Shown one piece after another: positions 50,862 to 64,000 of a DNA stretch of 64,000 nt. The stretch covers positions 7,874,001 to 7,938,000 of the forward strand of contig JBHGNT010000008.1 in NCBI GenBank assembly GCA_043228905.1, read 5' to 3'. This DNA is from Azolla caroliniana. Taxonomy: Eukaryota; Plantae; Polypodiophyta. Position 1 is the stretch's first letter; each line of letters opens with the position of its first letter. The notes under the pieces were generated by a model. That model searched no databases and had not been told where the DNA came from. It worked only from the letters and a program-made list of their open reading frames with translations. The position numbers and the translations under genes were made by a program.

Positions 50862-52979
50862 CAAGCGGCAAAGGAGTCGGAAGATGAGGGGTTCGGAGCT
50901 AGCAGAGGCAATGGCGGTAGCCGTCGACCGGCTGGTGAGCGCTTGCGAGGGGATGGGTACCCTCGACAGAGCCATTGAATCGATCGTCGGCAACATAGGC
51001 CGATTCGGTGGTAAGAATCCCACAAGTTATTTGCAGGCTTACCGGGCCGAAATGATCATGAGGGATATCCCGGTGGACAGGCGGTTGTCCAGATTCCCTC
51101 AGGTGGTGACGCCGAGCATCCACGCAGAGGTGCTCGAGGTGGTGCCCGGATGCCAGACTTGGGAGGAGTTCGAGTTGCAGCTCCTCGAGAAGTACGGGTT
51201 TGATGACTCACTTCAGTTGTCGAGGCGGGACTTCATGGCGTGGGTGGAAAGCCCCGGAAAAGGGAGGAACACGTCGGCGCTCCTCCAGGAGTTTGAAAAA
51301 CGATTCGCGTGGCTGTCGACGCTGGACTGGACCGTGCTCGAAACGAGTCAAGTACTACTGTTTGTCAAGTCGGTGGACACACTCAACAGGGAAAAGGTGG
51401 GTCCCCTATTGGAGACGGATGAAGGGCTCACGACAGACTAGGCCATGGTAAAACGGGTCTGCAGCCGTTTCGACAAACGACGCGAGTGGAGCGACGAAAG
51501 CTCGTCGGAGTTAGGACTGGTCCCGGCGAGGAGGCTCGAGGAGCCGGTATCGGTGCCAGCCGGTAGGAAGGAAGAGACCCGAATTTGGCTGGAGTTGGGG
51601 TCGGCGTCGAACGACGTGGGTAAAGGCCCATCCGGAGGAGCGGCTCTGGAGGAGCTGACACAGATGGTGCGCAACCTGCAGATCGCACAGGCTCGGAGAG
51701 ACAGCGGCGAACAATCTCGCGACCGGAGGCCACCGGCTGGGTAACGGTGCATGTGGTGTGACGCGATCAGTTACATTTGGAAGGATTGCACGGATTTCGC
51801 TGACGCACTCAGGACCAACGTGGTGTACCTCTCGAACGGGCGGGTGCACACGAGCGAGACCCGGAGAGCCCTAGAACTAAATACGGGGCGCGACGGAATG
51901 AAGAGGTTGATGGAAGAGGCCGCAACACGGCATGTAGAAGCCGTTAACTACTTAGTGTCGACGGGAATTCGGGTCGGCGGTGATGGACTCCGGATTCTAG
52001 CCGCTAGTGCTAGAAGGCCTCTCCGGAGTTCGGCTGAAGAAGGAAGAGGCGGACCGCGTGGAATAGCAGGTCCAAGAGGTTAGTGGATGGGACGATCCGG
52101 TTGAAGAGAAAACGGGCTTCGTAGAAGCCGCTTGCCAAACGGTGGAAGACAAACGGGCAGGAAAGGCCGGAGGGTCAGTCCCCCGCAGAGGTACGAGACC
52201 CGGTTCGGACCGAAACTGACCGGTGCCGGCAACCCAAGCGCGCCGGATGGGAAGAAGCAGGTGGGGTTTCAGTTGAGTACCTAAATCGAGAGAGCAACAG
52301 ACCTACGGAAGGTCCTTGAAGAGCGGACCCTCGACAGTAAAGTGGAGCTGTCGTTGCGGGAGGTGCTGGGAATCGCCAAGAGGGAGTTCCACGACTCCAT
52401 CGTAGACTTGGTGAAGCGGAAGAGGCTCTCGGCGGAGCCGGAACCGGAGAAGCCGGTGGAGGTGCGGACTGCGCACTTAGAAGACACGGCCCTAGAAGAA
52501 GAGTTGGTGGAAAGCCACTACGCGAAGCCGCATTAGGCTAGGGCAACTACGGAAACCCTTGTGCGGATCGGCGACGTTCCGGAACCGGTGGTGGCCTTGG
52601 TAGACCATGGATCCGAAATCAACCTGATGTCCATGGATTTCTACAAGAAGGGTAAATGGCCGATCAACACCAAGCATGGGTGGAAGATACGTGCGGCGAC
52701 GCGTGCTACGGAGGAGCTACATGGTGCGTGCCCAAATGTACATGTAAAGATCGGTGACGTCAAGATAGATCAACATTTCTTCGTGCAGGAAACATCCTCG
52801 CACCCGGTGATTCTCTGCGAACCGTACATTACGGCAGCACGCATGGAGACAAAGGTGCTGGACAACGGTTCGGCGTACGCGCTCGTCAAGAGCCAAGACG
52901 GTCGACATTCCGTCCAGTTCATGACCGTACATCTGAACCATGAGAGGAATCGCGAGAGCCTCGGCGGCGAAAACCGAGG

Positions 52980-53023
52980 GGATTTTTAGAGAGGGCTATC
53001 AAGGCATGGAGCCGTGGTAGTCC
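52980..53023 (+). promoter_or_regulatory. Candidate -1 ribosomal frameshift signal (outer gypsy)
   Basis: G_GAT_TTT at 52980-52986, TAG at 52987, stem GGGCTATC (52993-53000) / GGTAGTCC (53016-53023). The -1 frame is open into ORF 53190. Confidence 0.7.
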
Positions 53024-56000
53024 GGACGTATCGGAAGAACCCCACACATGTACAGTAGGTAGGAAGTTTTGGTTCTGCGAAAACGGAGGTTGTACTATAG
53101 CCGGCGTCAGCGGCCGGGAGAGGAAGCGAGTAGAGGAGCGGCTTAGGGGATGCAGAGTCCTCGCCCCCGAAGAAGAAATCAACGACATCGTGGATGCGGT
53201 CTCTTTTGACGACACCTTGGGTGAGTTGCGAAAGGTGATCGGTGAAGAACTTAGAGAAGACCAGACCGTTCAGGTTGGTTCGATGGGAATGTACGAAGTC
53301 ATCGCGGACTTCGGGGAAAGGATTAGGTCGGATCGGACGGCCCGCGTTGATACAAAGTACAAGACTGTGGACCAGAAGGTGAGGCCAGTCGCGGCACCCT
53401 TGCCGGAGGGTAGTGAGGAACGGATAAAAAGGGTCGCGTCGGACCCAAGTTTACGGAATCCGGCTGGCATAGGGCACTGGTTCACTGACATAACACTACG
53501 GGAGCTCAAGGTTGGCGGGAGGACAGGTTTCGGAGAATTCTTGGAAGGCATGGAAAAGCCTTCGCGTTCTCGCCGGAGGAGATCGGGTGCGTGGACCCGA
53601 CGATCCTCGAACCAATGGTGATCTTCACAGTACCGCATGTACCGTGGAATCTCAAACCGATTCTGGTGCCGATAGCTCGCATCCCGAAGTTGATGGAGCT
53701 GCTGAAGCAAAAGGTGGAGATGGGCATCCTCGAACCGTCGAGTGCCCCATATTCGAATCGGTGGTTTACGGTGCCGAAGAAGAACGGCACGCTGCGCTTC
53801 ATTCAGGACTTGCAACCGGTCAACAGGGTGACCATCCGTAATGCAGGAATCGGACCGACCATAGACGAGTTCGCAGAGGCCTTCGCTGGAAGGTCGATCT
53901 ATTAGGTCGGTGACTTATACTCGGGGTACGACCAAATCCAGCTAGTCGTGGAGAGCAGGGATATCACAACGATGCGAACTCCTCTCGGCCTAGTATGGAT
54001 GTGTACCCTACCACAAGGCGGGACGAATTCGGTGGCACATATGGTGAACGCAATGAACAAGGTGTTGAGGGACTGCATCCCGGACATCACCATGCCATTC
54101 TTGGACGACATCTCAATAAAGGGGTGTCCGGTGGAAGATGTGGACGGAACTGTCGGGCGAGACAGATGCCAGAGGTTCGTCGTGAACCACATCAACGACT
54201 GCGAGAAGGTGTTGCAGAGGCTCGAGAGCGTATGACTCACCTTCTCTGGAAAACAATCGGCGTTCGGGCAATCAGAGATCTTGGTGGTCGGACACCAGTG
54301 CGGGCCTTACGGTAGGAAACCATCTCCGGCAAAGGTAGAAGCCATCTCCGCAATGAAGGATGACTGCGGGTCGGTTACGGAGGTCCGCAGATTCTTGGGG
54401 GAGTGCGCGTTCTACCACATCTGGATTCCGCACTACGCACATGTTGCGGAGCCGCTCTACGGGCTATTGAAGAAAGGGTGTAGGTTCGACTGGAGGACGG
54501 AGCACACAGAGTCAGTCCAGAGGATGAAGGAGGTGCTTGTTGCGGCATCGGCTCTCCGTATAGCGGTTTACGGCAAGGGAGTCCCTATCTACGTGACGGT
54601 GGACACGAGCCTGACCGGGATCGGGTGGGTCATCAATCAGGAGGACGAGAATGGTGTATGATTCCCGATCCAGTTCGGGGCGAAGGTATTGAGTGAGCGG
54701 CAACGAGGATATGCCCAAGTCAAGCGCGAACTATGGGGTATCGTTTGGGCAGTCAAGGCCGACAAGGACTATCTGATCGGGACGGAAGTGATCATCGAGA
54801 CGGATTGCCTGCCGATACTCGGCATGGTTTCCGGATGCGCGACGCCGGACGTAGCAATGCTCCGGTGGATAGCATACATTAAGTCCCTGAACCCAGAGAT
54901 ATGGCACATCTCCGGAAAAGATAACGCCATGGCCGACATGCTTTCGAGAGCGAGGTTCAACGATGAAGACAACATGATTTCGGATGACGAAGAAGTCGGT
55001 GAGGACTTCTTCAGCTCGGCTAACGTGACGACGAGGAAAGGGGACACTCCGGCGCTTAACGAATTTGACGAAAGTAGGGACGACGGGTATTGGCTCCAAA
55101 TCGGAAGGTTCCTACGGGCGATGACGTCGGACGCAACGTGGACGAGAGAAGAGGCGAGCCGGGTACGGAAGAAGGTGTACCGATTCTTCCTACGGGACGG
55201 GTGCATATGGAGGCACCCAAAGAAAAGAAACGACATCTCGCTCCGAGTAGTCGCAAAGAAAGAAGAATAGGAGGAATTAGTGGCGGCATTTCACGAGAGT
55301 CCTTGGGCTGGGCACCGCGGAACGTGGGCCACATTCGAGAAGTTGAAGGAGAAGTACTAGTGGCCGGGGCTATATCGGGACGTGCATCGGTTCGTAATGA
55401 CTTGCGAAAGCTATCAGATGCACTCCGTAGTCCGACATCGGGACGAGCTACACCCGACCTACCTGCCTATGGTCCATTTCAAGTGGATGGTAGACTTGGT
55501 GACGATGCCGATGGGAGTAGGATAGATGCGATACCTGGTGCTTGCGCGGGAAGACTTAACGAACCAGGTGGAAGGTCGTGCACTACAGAACAAGACAACT
55601 GCGGCGGTATGCCGGTTCCTGATCGAAGAGGTATTGTGTCGGTACGGGTGCATTGGGAGGATCGTGGCGGACCGGGGAGAGTTGGATGCGCACGAAGCTG
55701 AGTTGTTCGACCGGCTAGAGGTCAAACTTTCCCTCATTATGGTGTACAATCCGGAGGCGAATGGGAAGGTAGAACGCGCGCACGGGCCGATCGTAAAGGC
55801 ATTCGTGCGTGCATGCAGAGGGCAGGTCGGGAATTGGCCGCGGCTCCTTCCTTACGCACTATGGGCGGACTGAACTACGCACAGTTCGGTGACAGGGTTT
55901 ATGCCGGCAGAGCTGATGTATGGACAGAAGCCGATCATGATGGTGGAACGGACGGTTTCTTCGTGGGCGGTGGTAGATTGGAAGGACGAGATGAGCCGAG

Positions 56001-59000
56001 AGGAGTTGCTGGCGGCGCGGACTCGGCAACTCGAGCGGAGGCCGGAGGACATGAAACAGGCGAAGGAAAAGCAGCGGGCGGCAAGGGAGCAGAACAAGAC
56101 CCGATTCAACCGGACGCACCGGTTGCGCCCAAAGAAGGTCGAGGAAGGCGACTGGGTCTTGGTATACGACAACAACCTCGACAATCAGCACAAGGCAGTG
56201 CGAAAGTTCGTTAGGAGATGGTTCGGGCCCTACACAGTGATGAGCGCGAACAACAACGGCACGTACCACCTCGCGGAACTCGACAGGACACGGTTAGCGG
56301 TACCGGTGGCCGGGAAGCGGATCAAAGCGTTCAAGAAGTGGTTCGAAGACGAGCCGGAGCCGGCAAGCGAGAGCGACGACAATGATTGGTTCGGGCCCGG
56401 CGAAGAATCGGAGACTGATGAGTGAAGCCGGTTTTCTTCGGCATCTACCCGTCTCTGGCGCATGCCGATGGATGCGCGGTTTGGTGGGGGTGGCTATCAC
56501 GAAGAAAACTGGCCATAGGCAGAATCGGAGAAAAAAACGCATGAACTAGGTCTTACATGGGTGGACGTGAGAATTGATATTTTGTACATAATTCATAATT
56601 AGGTCGGCTGATGTAAATACTAGGTAGTACATATTTATTAGAGGATTGGTGCGTATCTCTGTCAAAAGGGACAGGGAATAAAGTGATTAGACTAGGGAAG
56701 AACGGTCTCTCCTTTGCGAACTATTTAAGGAGGGAGAAAAGGGATCACGCATTGGTGAGGACGAAGTGCTGCTGCAGAACCGAGTGCCGAGCTCTCTCTC
56801 GTCCGATCATCATTTGCTGTGGGTGTCGGGAGTTCGCTGGCTCTGCTTCGTGGATAGCCCGTGTGCTTCCAGCAGAGGCTCTCCTCCCCTTTTTTTTGTT
56901 TCTTCGAATCGAGTTTCGCGTCGTCTGTGTGCGTGAGTAGGACCTCATGTCACGTCCATTACCGGTTTGCTGGTTGTAACTGTTCGAGTTGTAAGCTACG
57001 GATTATAGTAATCAGATTCCTATTTCTTGCTCTTGTTTTCCTTCTGTATATCTGCAACTCTCTCTCTCTCTCACTCTCTCCTTGGTCCAAGACCCCCATG
57101 GTCCGGCCTCTTCCTACATGCGAACGCGAAACTTTGCGACATCGTGTTCTTGGCCTAGAAGTCTGTGCATGCCTTAAGTCATTTTAATAGTGTCGCTATC
57201 TTCTCTTTTTTCTTTTTTTCTTTTTTCATAACGGTTACATAGAATATTCTTTTTACACTACTCCGAGGATTTCCCGGCTTTGTCTTGCCCGACGGAGAAC
57301 GGGTTAGGTGGCATAGGTCCCAGATAAGGTTTAAGGTGAAACCCATTCAGTTTTTGTTGTAACACTTCCCCGCCCAACGTGCCAAGTTGAAACATATCCT
57401 GTTCCGCGCCCACTATCCAGTACGGGCCTGTCCAGCAGAATCTTAATTTTCCTGGCATATGCCCCATGCGTGTTTGGAAAACTAATACTGCTTTCCCAAC
57501 CGTAAAATCTTTTTCCCGCGCATCCTGGGGTTAGTCCACAAATGCTTTGCGTCGCTGCTGTTCCTGCTCCAATATGGCCATACTGCGCAACCATGTTTCG
57601 CCTAGCTCTAGCAGTTGTTGTAGCCGTATTTGCTCAGATTTGCCCTCTAGTAGCCGGGCTCGTACTTGAATCCGCAGACTGGGTACCTGGAATTCGACTG
57701 GCATCACGACCTCCAGCCCAAATGCTAGCTTGAAAGGCGTTGCTTGTATGCGAGTCTTATAGCTGGTACGGTATGCCCATAACACACTATGCAATTTGGT
57801 ATCCCAATCCATTCTGTTCTCATTGACTATCTTTTTTATGATAATTTGTAAGGTTTTGTTCGTGGATTCTGCCAAGCCATTTGCCTGTGGGTAATATGAC
57901 GTACTTTATTTGTGAACCAAAGTGTAATGTTGGGTTAGTTCGCTGATGACCGTATTCAGAAAGTGACTCCCTTGGTCACTAATGAGCCGAAATGACACCA
58001 GATGTGTTCGTAAAGGAATTTTGCCATGACTCTCGCGGTATTCTCGTGTAGTGGTTTTGCTTCTACCCACTTGGTACAGTAATACGTGGCCACCAAGATA
58101 TACTTATTGCCTATTCGAGCGGTTGTCGGGGTGAAGGGTCCCACAAAATCTAGCCCCTAGTTTCGGAAAGGATCCATTAGCAACACTGGTTGGTGTGGCA
58201 TTCTCCCAACTTCCGTGGCATGGCCCAGCCATTGACATAAATCACACTGTCTACAATATTCATACGCATCCTTTTGCGTAGTCGGCCACCAAAGTCCCGC
58301 TTGCTAAATTTTCTAGGCCGTAACATCGCCCGCGTAATGTCCTCCCGCTGTTCCATAGTGGGCTTCGCGTAGAACCCACGTCCTTCTCATCTTGCCGTAT
58401 TCCGTGCCTCCCGATGTTGTCACTCTCTTTGTGGTATAGGATGTCTTCTACTAAATAGAAGTTTCGACTTCGTATATATTCCCCCAAAATTGCATAAAGG
58501 CCGGTATAGATTCCCCAAAAATCTTTGTGATTGTCCGTTGAAATGTAGCCGACGCTATCTTTAGCCCGAACATCATGACGATTGCGATATAGACGCCCCA
58601 GTCTGTCACGAACGTCGTCTTCTCTTGGTCGTCGTGGTGCATGCCTACTTGATTGTATCCACTAAAGCCATCTAAACAGTTGTACCTGTCATGCCCTGCG
58701 ACGACGTCCAATACGCTGTCAGGGAACGGTAAAGGAAATGCATCGGTAATGGTTATGGCATTCAATTTCCGGTAGTCCACGCATACACGTATTTTGCCAT
58801 TTTTCTTTGGGACAACTACTATTGAGCTTATCCATGTAGCTTGTTTGACTGGTCGAATGAATCCGGCCTTGAGGAATTTGTCAATTTCTTCTTTTACGCG
58901 AGCCGCGTAATTCGGATTCATGCGGTATCAACGCTACTGGACTGGTTTCGCATCGGTCACTAAATTGATCTTATGTTGATGGAAATTCCGATCCAACCCC

Positions 59001-60329
59001 TTCATGTCCTCATGGGACTAGGTGAACACATCTTCATACTTCCTGAGTAGTGCTATTATCGCGTCTCTCTGATCTGGCAGTAATTCTTTTGCGATGGAGA
59101 GGAATCGGGGTTCTGACGTCGTACCCACGTTTACTTCTTCTAGGGCTGAGGCCATGACTCGTCGTGAAATTTCCATTTCCCTGTCAAACACTACCCGTGC
59201 TCTGCTTAGTTCTAATATTGACTCCGGGTCTGGTTCGTAAGCCTCGTCGTGGAGCGCAGCGGGCGTGGCGTATTCCGTCACGGCTTCTATGACGTTGATT
59301 TTGAATAGCGGAATGATCTGGGGGTGCTCGTCTAAGTATACTTCTAATTCTGTATCATCCAAGCCAAGCAGCATATTTATATCTTCCGCATATAACGGTG
59401 TGATGCCCTTGGGTTGTGCTGCAAATTCCTCTGTTGGTACGTGAACCTCGGTGCGTCCGTGTCGAAAGCTGATGCACTTATGTTGCCAGCTCTGTTTGAT
59501 ATTCGTTGAACGAAGCCACGGTCTACCAAGCAGCATAGGATACGCTCTTGGGGCGTCGAGGGCGAGGACCACCACTGAGATGTCGAAGCAATGTCCTCCA
59601 ATGATAATGCTTAACTTGCATATTAAGCCTAAAGGCCTTACGGAGTGGGTATCCGCCATGTGAAGCCAAAATGGCCAAGCTTCCCATTCTGAAATTCCCA
59701 ATTGTTCGCATGTGTTGGCGCTAATTACATTGACGCCAGGGCCGTCATCGATTACGCATCCTGTGATTTCCTCACTATGTAATATCAACTTAATAGCCGG
59801 ATTGTGGTGATCCACCATTGATGGTCCGGGTTGATGTCTGTAAAATTGGCGAAGACGCCTACCCTAGGTTTGCCCGTTATGCGATTCTCCACGGCCTGGC
59901 GGAACCGTGGGACTAGTTGCAGTAGCTTCTACATGGTCAATGTTATCTCGCAGCTTGCAGTGCTTGCCATAAGGAATCTAGAGATATAACATCTTCCTCC
60001 GAAGGCTCCACATTGTTCGCAGATTCCTTCCGCATGCGTTCTGTATTTGCCACGTTCGCTTTTTCTACCCATGCTTGGGCCGTCTGACGTAGCTCATCTT
60101 GCGCGGCCCAATCAACATTTTTTGTTTGCTATCGTGTTGTGACTTGCTGGACTTCCGCCATAATCGTATTGACGGTGGGCCCCTTGCCTTTGCGTAGTGG
60201 ACATTGTATGGCATAATGTCCTAGCTATTGGCAAACAAAGCAATGGACGCTAGATTCGCCTTTCTCGGCAACTGGTGGTGCGTTCCAATCCCTAGGTGTG
60301 ACTTGCTCCTCCAGGTCCTGATTCATTCT

Positions 60330-63300
60330 TGTTGAGCGGCAAGCTCAACCGGATCCAGATCGGCATCCAGAAGGGTGAGCCGGTGAGCAAGTGAGCCGGT
60401 TAGCTGGATCAAGCAGTAACCGGAAGCCAAGTAGCAGCTAGTCTATTAGGGAGTTAATATGTCGTAGTTAGTGTCAGACGTCCGTGGGAGCATTGAAGTA
60501 CACTGTACTTCTATCAGTTCGGATGGACTTGTATAAAAGTGTTGATTGAACACATACGGTGTACAGACTGAGTAGTATTTTTTGAATTGAGTTTCTGTGT
60601 GCTCTCTTCTCTCGTTGTCTCTGTCTCTCCCGCGTACTGTTAAGCTCTCCATTAAACCTATTTTCTACTTTCTGTTTTCTATTGCTTCCGCACGCTATTT
60701 GTTTTTACATGGTATCAGAGCGCGAGGGTTGAGAACCTCTACAGCTGACATTCGCTTTCACAAGAAGAAAACCTAACCTTTGTAAAGAACAAAAATAAAA
60801 AACAAATGGATAGAGGAATGGCTAGCTCGCTCCCGGTGGAGAAGCTCAACAGATCCAACTACACATCTTGGTCATACAAGATGCACCAGTACCTGCTTGG
60901 GCATGGTTACTGGAGCTATGTCGATGGAGCTAATGACACAACACCTGATGCGGCACACAAGGACTTCCCGGTGTGGGAAGAATCGGCAAGCAGAATGATG
61001 TATTGCTTTGTGTCCAGTGTCGGAGACCAGCTGCTGAGCCACCTCCGAGATGCCAAGACGCCAAAAGAGGCCGCAAGCATTACAGCTCAGAAGCTGCAAC
61101 TCCGACAGGAGTTTAGCAATGTCCGGCAAAAGGACATCATCTCCTGCCAAGACTAACGTTCTGTGCCGGCCCCCATACATCGGAATGTATCAAGTCGAGC
61201 TTCTTCCGGCTCCGGTTACACTCATTGGGGAAAGGAAGTCGGTGTTGCTTCCCTAGCTGGCAGGCTTCACAAATTTGTGCCTTCTGGCTACTAAATTTGG
61301 GCAATCCGAACACCACATGTCTCGATTGCAGGTCCTGAAGCCATTGATAGTTGATGTGGCCTATCCGCTTGTGCCATAAGTTGATATCCGACTCGACTTT
61401 TTGTCCTTTCGTGAACATTGCAGTGCCACCATCACTAGAGTCGAGGATAAACATCCTCCCGTCTTTGCGCCCTTGCGCAATAACTCGGCCTTCTTCCTCG
61501 ATGAAGCTCCCGAGACGCGTGAACCGGACTTGCATCCCCTTTCTTTTATTGTTTTTTTGAATGTTTGGAACATAGTTTTAATTTCTCTTGATGTAATTTC
61601 ATCATGAACAATGTAATTTTTTTGATCGGGATTTTGACCTCTATAGAAAGCGCACTTAATAGAATGGTGCACTTAAGTGGGCACACACTTAACCGAATGG
61701 TTACTGTAAATCCAAGGTCTTAGATACCAATATATGTACGTGTTCAATTGCGTTTGAAAAAATCATATTCAAACCACTTCCTCAACCATATCATGATGGG
61801 ACACTTATCATTGTATCTTCAACAAAACATCATGACAAACACACATAATATAAGATGGATCGTTTATTTCAAGTCTTTTGTTTCTTATGTTTCTAGATAG
61901 TGAGACAATCTATGGCTTTATATCTAACCCAAATTATGCGCAATTGTTTCAAAGTTGTACATAGGTAGCTCATGACACATTATGTCTAAATAATAAAATA
62001 GTGGTGGAAAGATAATTTTAAAGTGGTAATCAAATTTTTCAATAGAAGTGGTTGCAAAAGAAGTATTGCATTATTTAAGGTCTCCATTTATTTACTCCAC
62101 AAGAATAAAGTCGACTATCATCTATTTGTAATTGCTCATTCATGTATAATTATGTGTATGCAATTTCAACCCTTTGCAAGACATGTTAGCGGCTGATTAC
62201 ACGGCCTGAATCAAAGAGATCTGTGACTCACTTGCCTCTATCAATGTCACAGTAGAGGAAGACGAGATGGTACAGGTCTGTCTTGGGGGCCTGGCATCTA
62301 AGTTCTGAGCTTTCCGGACAGCAATATGAACGAGGGAGAATACACCGTCATTTTTCGACTTACAATCAATGCTCCTTGTAGAGGAGAACCACGCCGGTGC
62401 ATCAACAAGTGCACCCACCGACAACCGGATGCTGTACACGGAGGCGGATCGGCCCCATGGGTGTGGTGGACGAGGCGGGTCAACACACAATGGAGCTGGC
62501 CGGCAAGGGCAAGACCGATGACACAGAGACCGTGCTAACAGCCGTTCCGAGACCTCCACAACCAGGGGGAGTCAAGGTGGCGTTGGAGGCCGGCAAGACA
62601 AATCTGCCACGGAATGTTGGTACTGTAGCAAAAAGGGTCATAGAGAAAGCGAGTGCTGGAAGAAGCACGCTGATTCGGACAGATCTGGATCCCGCAAAAC
62701 CGGTCGGGAGAACCGGCAAAACTCGCACTACGCCCAAGGATCGAAAGGATCCAGAACCGGGAAGACCGGTAAGGGGCCAGCCTTGGTGATGAAGCACTAG
62801 GAAAATTCGATGAAGAAGACCACTTCCAAATCGGCGAAAGTGTGGCATGTTGATTCCGGTGTATCAAATCACATGACGAACCACAAAGAGTGGTTCTCCT
62901 TCCTGGAGAAACCAGAACAACCGGGAGTTGTCGAAACTGGAGACGACACTCCTCACCCAATCGTGCATATCGGTGAAGTCCCTTTGAGCCACGTCGCCCA
63001 GAGGGGGAAGCTGATGAACGTATTAGACATTTCGACTATCACAAAGAACTTGGTGTCGGTCGGACAGATCGTCGACCAGGGAATGCAAGTGCAGTTTACG
63101 CACCTCGGGTGCTTCATCAAGGAGGAGGGCTAGATTATTGCGCAAGGGCGCAGAGACGGGAGGATGTTCATCCTCAACACCAATGACGCCGGCACCGCTT
63201 TGTTCGCCAAAGGACAGAAGATTGAATCGTACATCGATATCTAGCACAAGCGGATCGGCCACGTCAATTACCAGAGGCTTCAAGACCTGCAAACAAAACA

Positions 63301-64000
63301 AATTGTTTTCGGTTTGCCGAAGTTCAGTGGCTGGAAGGCCCAAGTATGTGAAGCCTGCCAACTCTGGAAGCAACACTGGCTTCCATTCCCCACCGAATGA
63401 AACCGCAGCTGTAACAAGGTCGACCTTATTCATTCGGATGTATGGGAACTGGCACAGAACGTGAGTCTTGGCGGGAGTCGATACTTCGTCTCCTTCATCG
63501 ACAACTATAGCTGGCACACATGGATCTACCTCATTGAGCGGAAGAGAGAAGTCTTCGACTATTTCTGGAACCTCCAAAGCATGGTGGAACGGGAATCAGA
63601 GAGGAAGATCAAGTGCTTGCAGTCAGATGGCAGAAAAGAATATTTTTCCGGCCAATTCAACAGTTATCTACAACAAACAGGAATTCGGAGAGAGTTCAGC
63701 TCCAGATACACACTGGAGCAAAACGGTGTGGCCGAAAGGAAGAACTGGTTGCTTGTCAATGCGTCAAGGGCAATGCTGGAAGAGAAGAGCATGCCCCATT
63801 TCTACTAGGCGGAGGCGGTCTGGACGACCGTCAACATCCAAAACCGGATTGGTGACAAGGTGTCCGCGCATGAGTTGTATTTCAGGCGCAAGCTGAATTT
63901 GACACACCTTTGGATTTTTGGCAACATAGCATATGTGTATGTGCCAGATGAGAAGCGGAGGAAGCTGGATGCCAAATCAGAGAAGTGCATCCTCGTTGGC
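60330..64000 (+). mobile_element. Copia F: degenerate Ty1/copia (lineage like copia B), runs off right edge
   Basis: 5' LTR 60330-60709 (TG..CA) with an adjacent PBS tggtatcagagc at 60710. Gag from 60806, DSGVS protease at about 62850 and integrase to the window end, with many stops. Confidence 0.92.
61138..62179 (-). other. 1-kb insert in copia F gag: inverted copia pre-integrase fragment plus AT-rich DNA
   Basis: 61138-61539 is reverse-homologous to about 63078-63480. 61540-62179 is AT-rich and non-coding. GACAT occurs at both junctions (61133-61137, 62180-62184), and gag resumes colinearly. Confidence 0.75.

Larger units (their letters stand above)
37979..57141 (+). mobile_element. Outer tRNA-Trp-primed Ty3/gypsy, full length and degenerate
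   Basis: 5' LTR 37979-50839 (split twice) and 3' LTR 56495-57141. PBS at 50844-50861, PPT tgggggtggc before 56495. gag-PR at 50884-52989 and RT-RH-IN to 56425. Flanks GCGT/TCGT. Confidence 0.92.
34609..60329 (-). mobile_element. Gypsy E: non-chromoviral Ty3/gypsy with a long 3' extra ORF; 5' end not in window
   Basis: 3' LTR candidate 34609-35113 (TG..CA) with adjacent PPT ggggtgggtt. Extra ORF region 35125-37965. A 19-kb nested block lies at 37979-57141. Decayed IN, RT, PR and CCHC knuckle at 57258-60300. Interrupted by copia F. Confidence 0.75.

Noticed and set aside
50437-50883. Hydrophobic N-terminal extension of gag (possible env or signal peptide)
   Set aside because: It is translated LTR sequence. 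The equivalent 3' LTR region (56683-57187) does not keep one continuous frame.
44270-56542. Many long alternative-frame and antisense ORFs
   Set aside because: They are shadow ORFs of GC-rich gypsy coding sequence broken by frameshifts.

Overview
This is a eukaryotic, transposon-saturated window with no recognisable host housekeeping gene. The element families suggest a seed-free land plant (inference). The oldest layer is two intron-containing DNA-transposase genes on the minus strand with Sola2-type motifs (DFAENY / WSDG..SQFK / HGKG). Copy 1 is open and runs off the left edge; copy 2 is decayed and split over 11068-31671. Each carries introns filled with arrays of its own palindrome, which also appears near its putative 5' end. 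Nested on top are a hAT-like MITE, five Ty1/copia elements, a copia fragment, a solo LTR and four Ty3/gypsy elements, most with TSD-resolved ends. Two related gypsy copies have a tRNA-Trp PBS, apparent 4-bp TSDs and a conserved G_GAU_UUU-UAG plus hairpin signal, which is a candidate -1 frameshift between protease and RT. All coordinates were read by eye; no searches were run.
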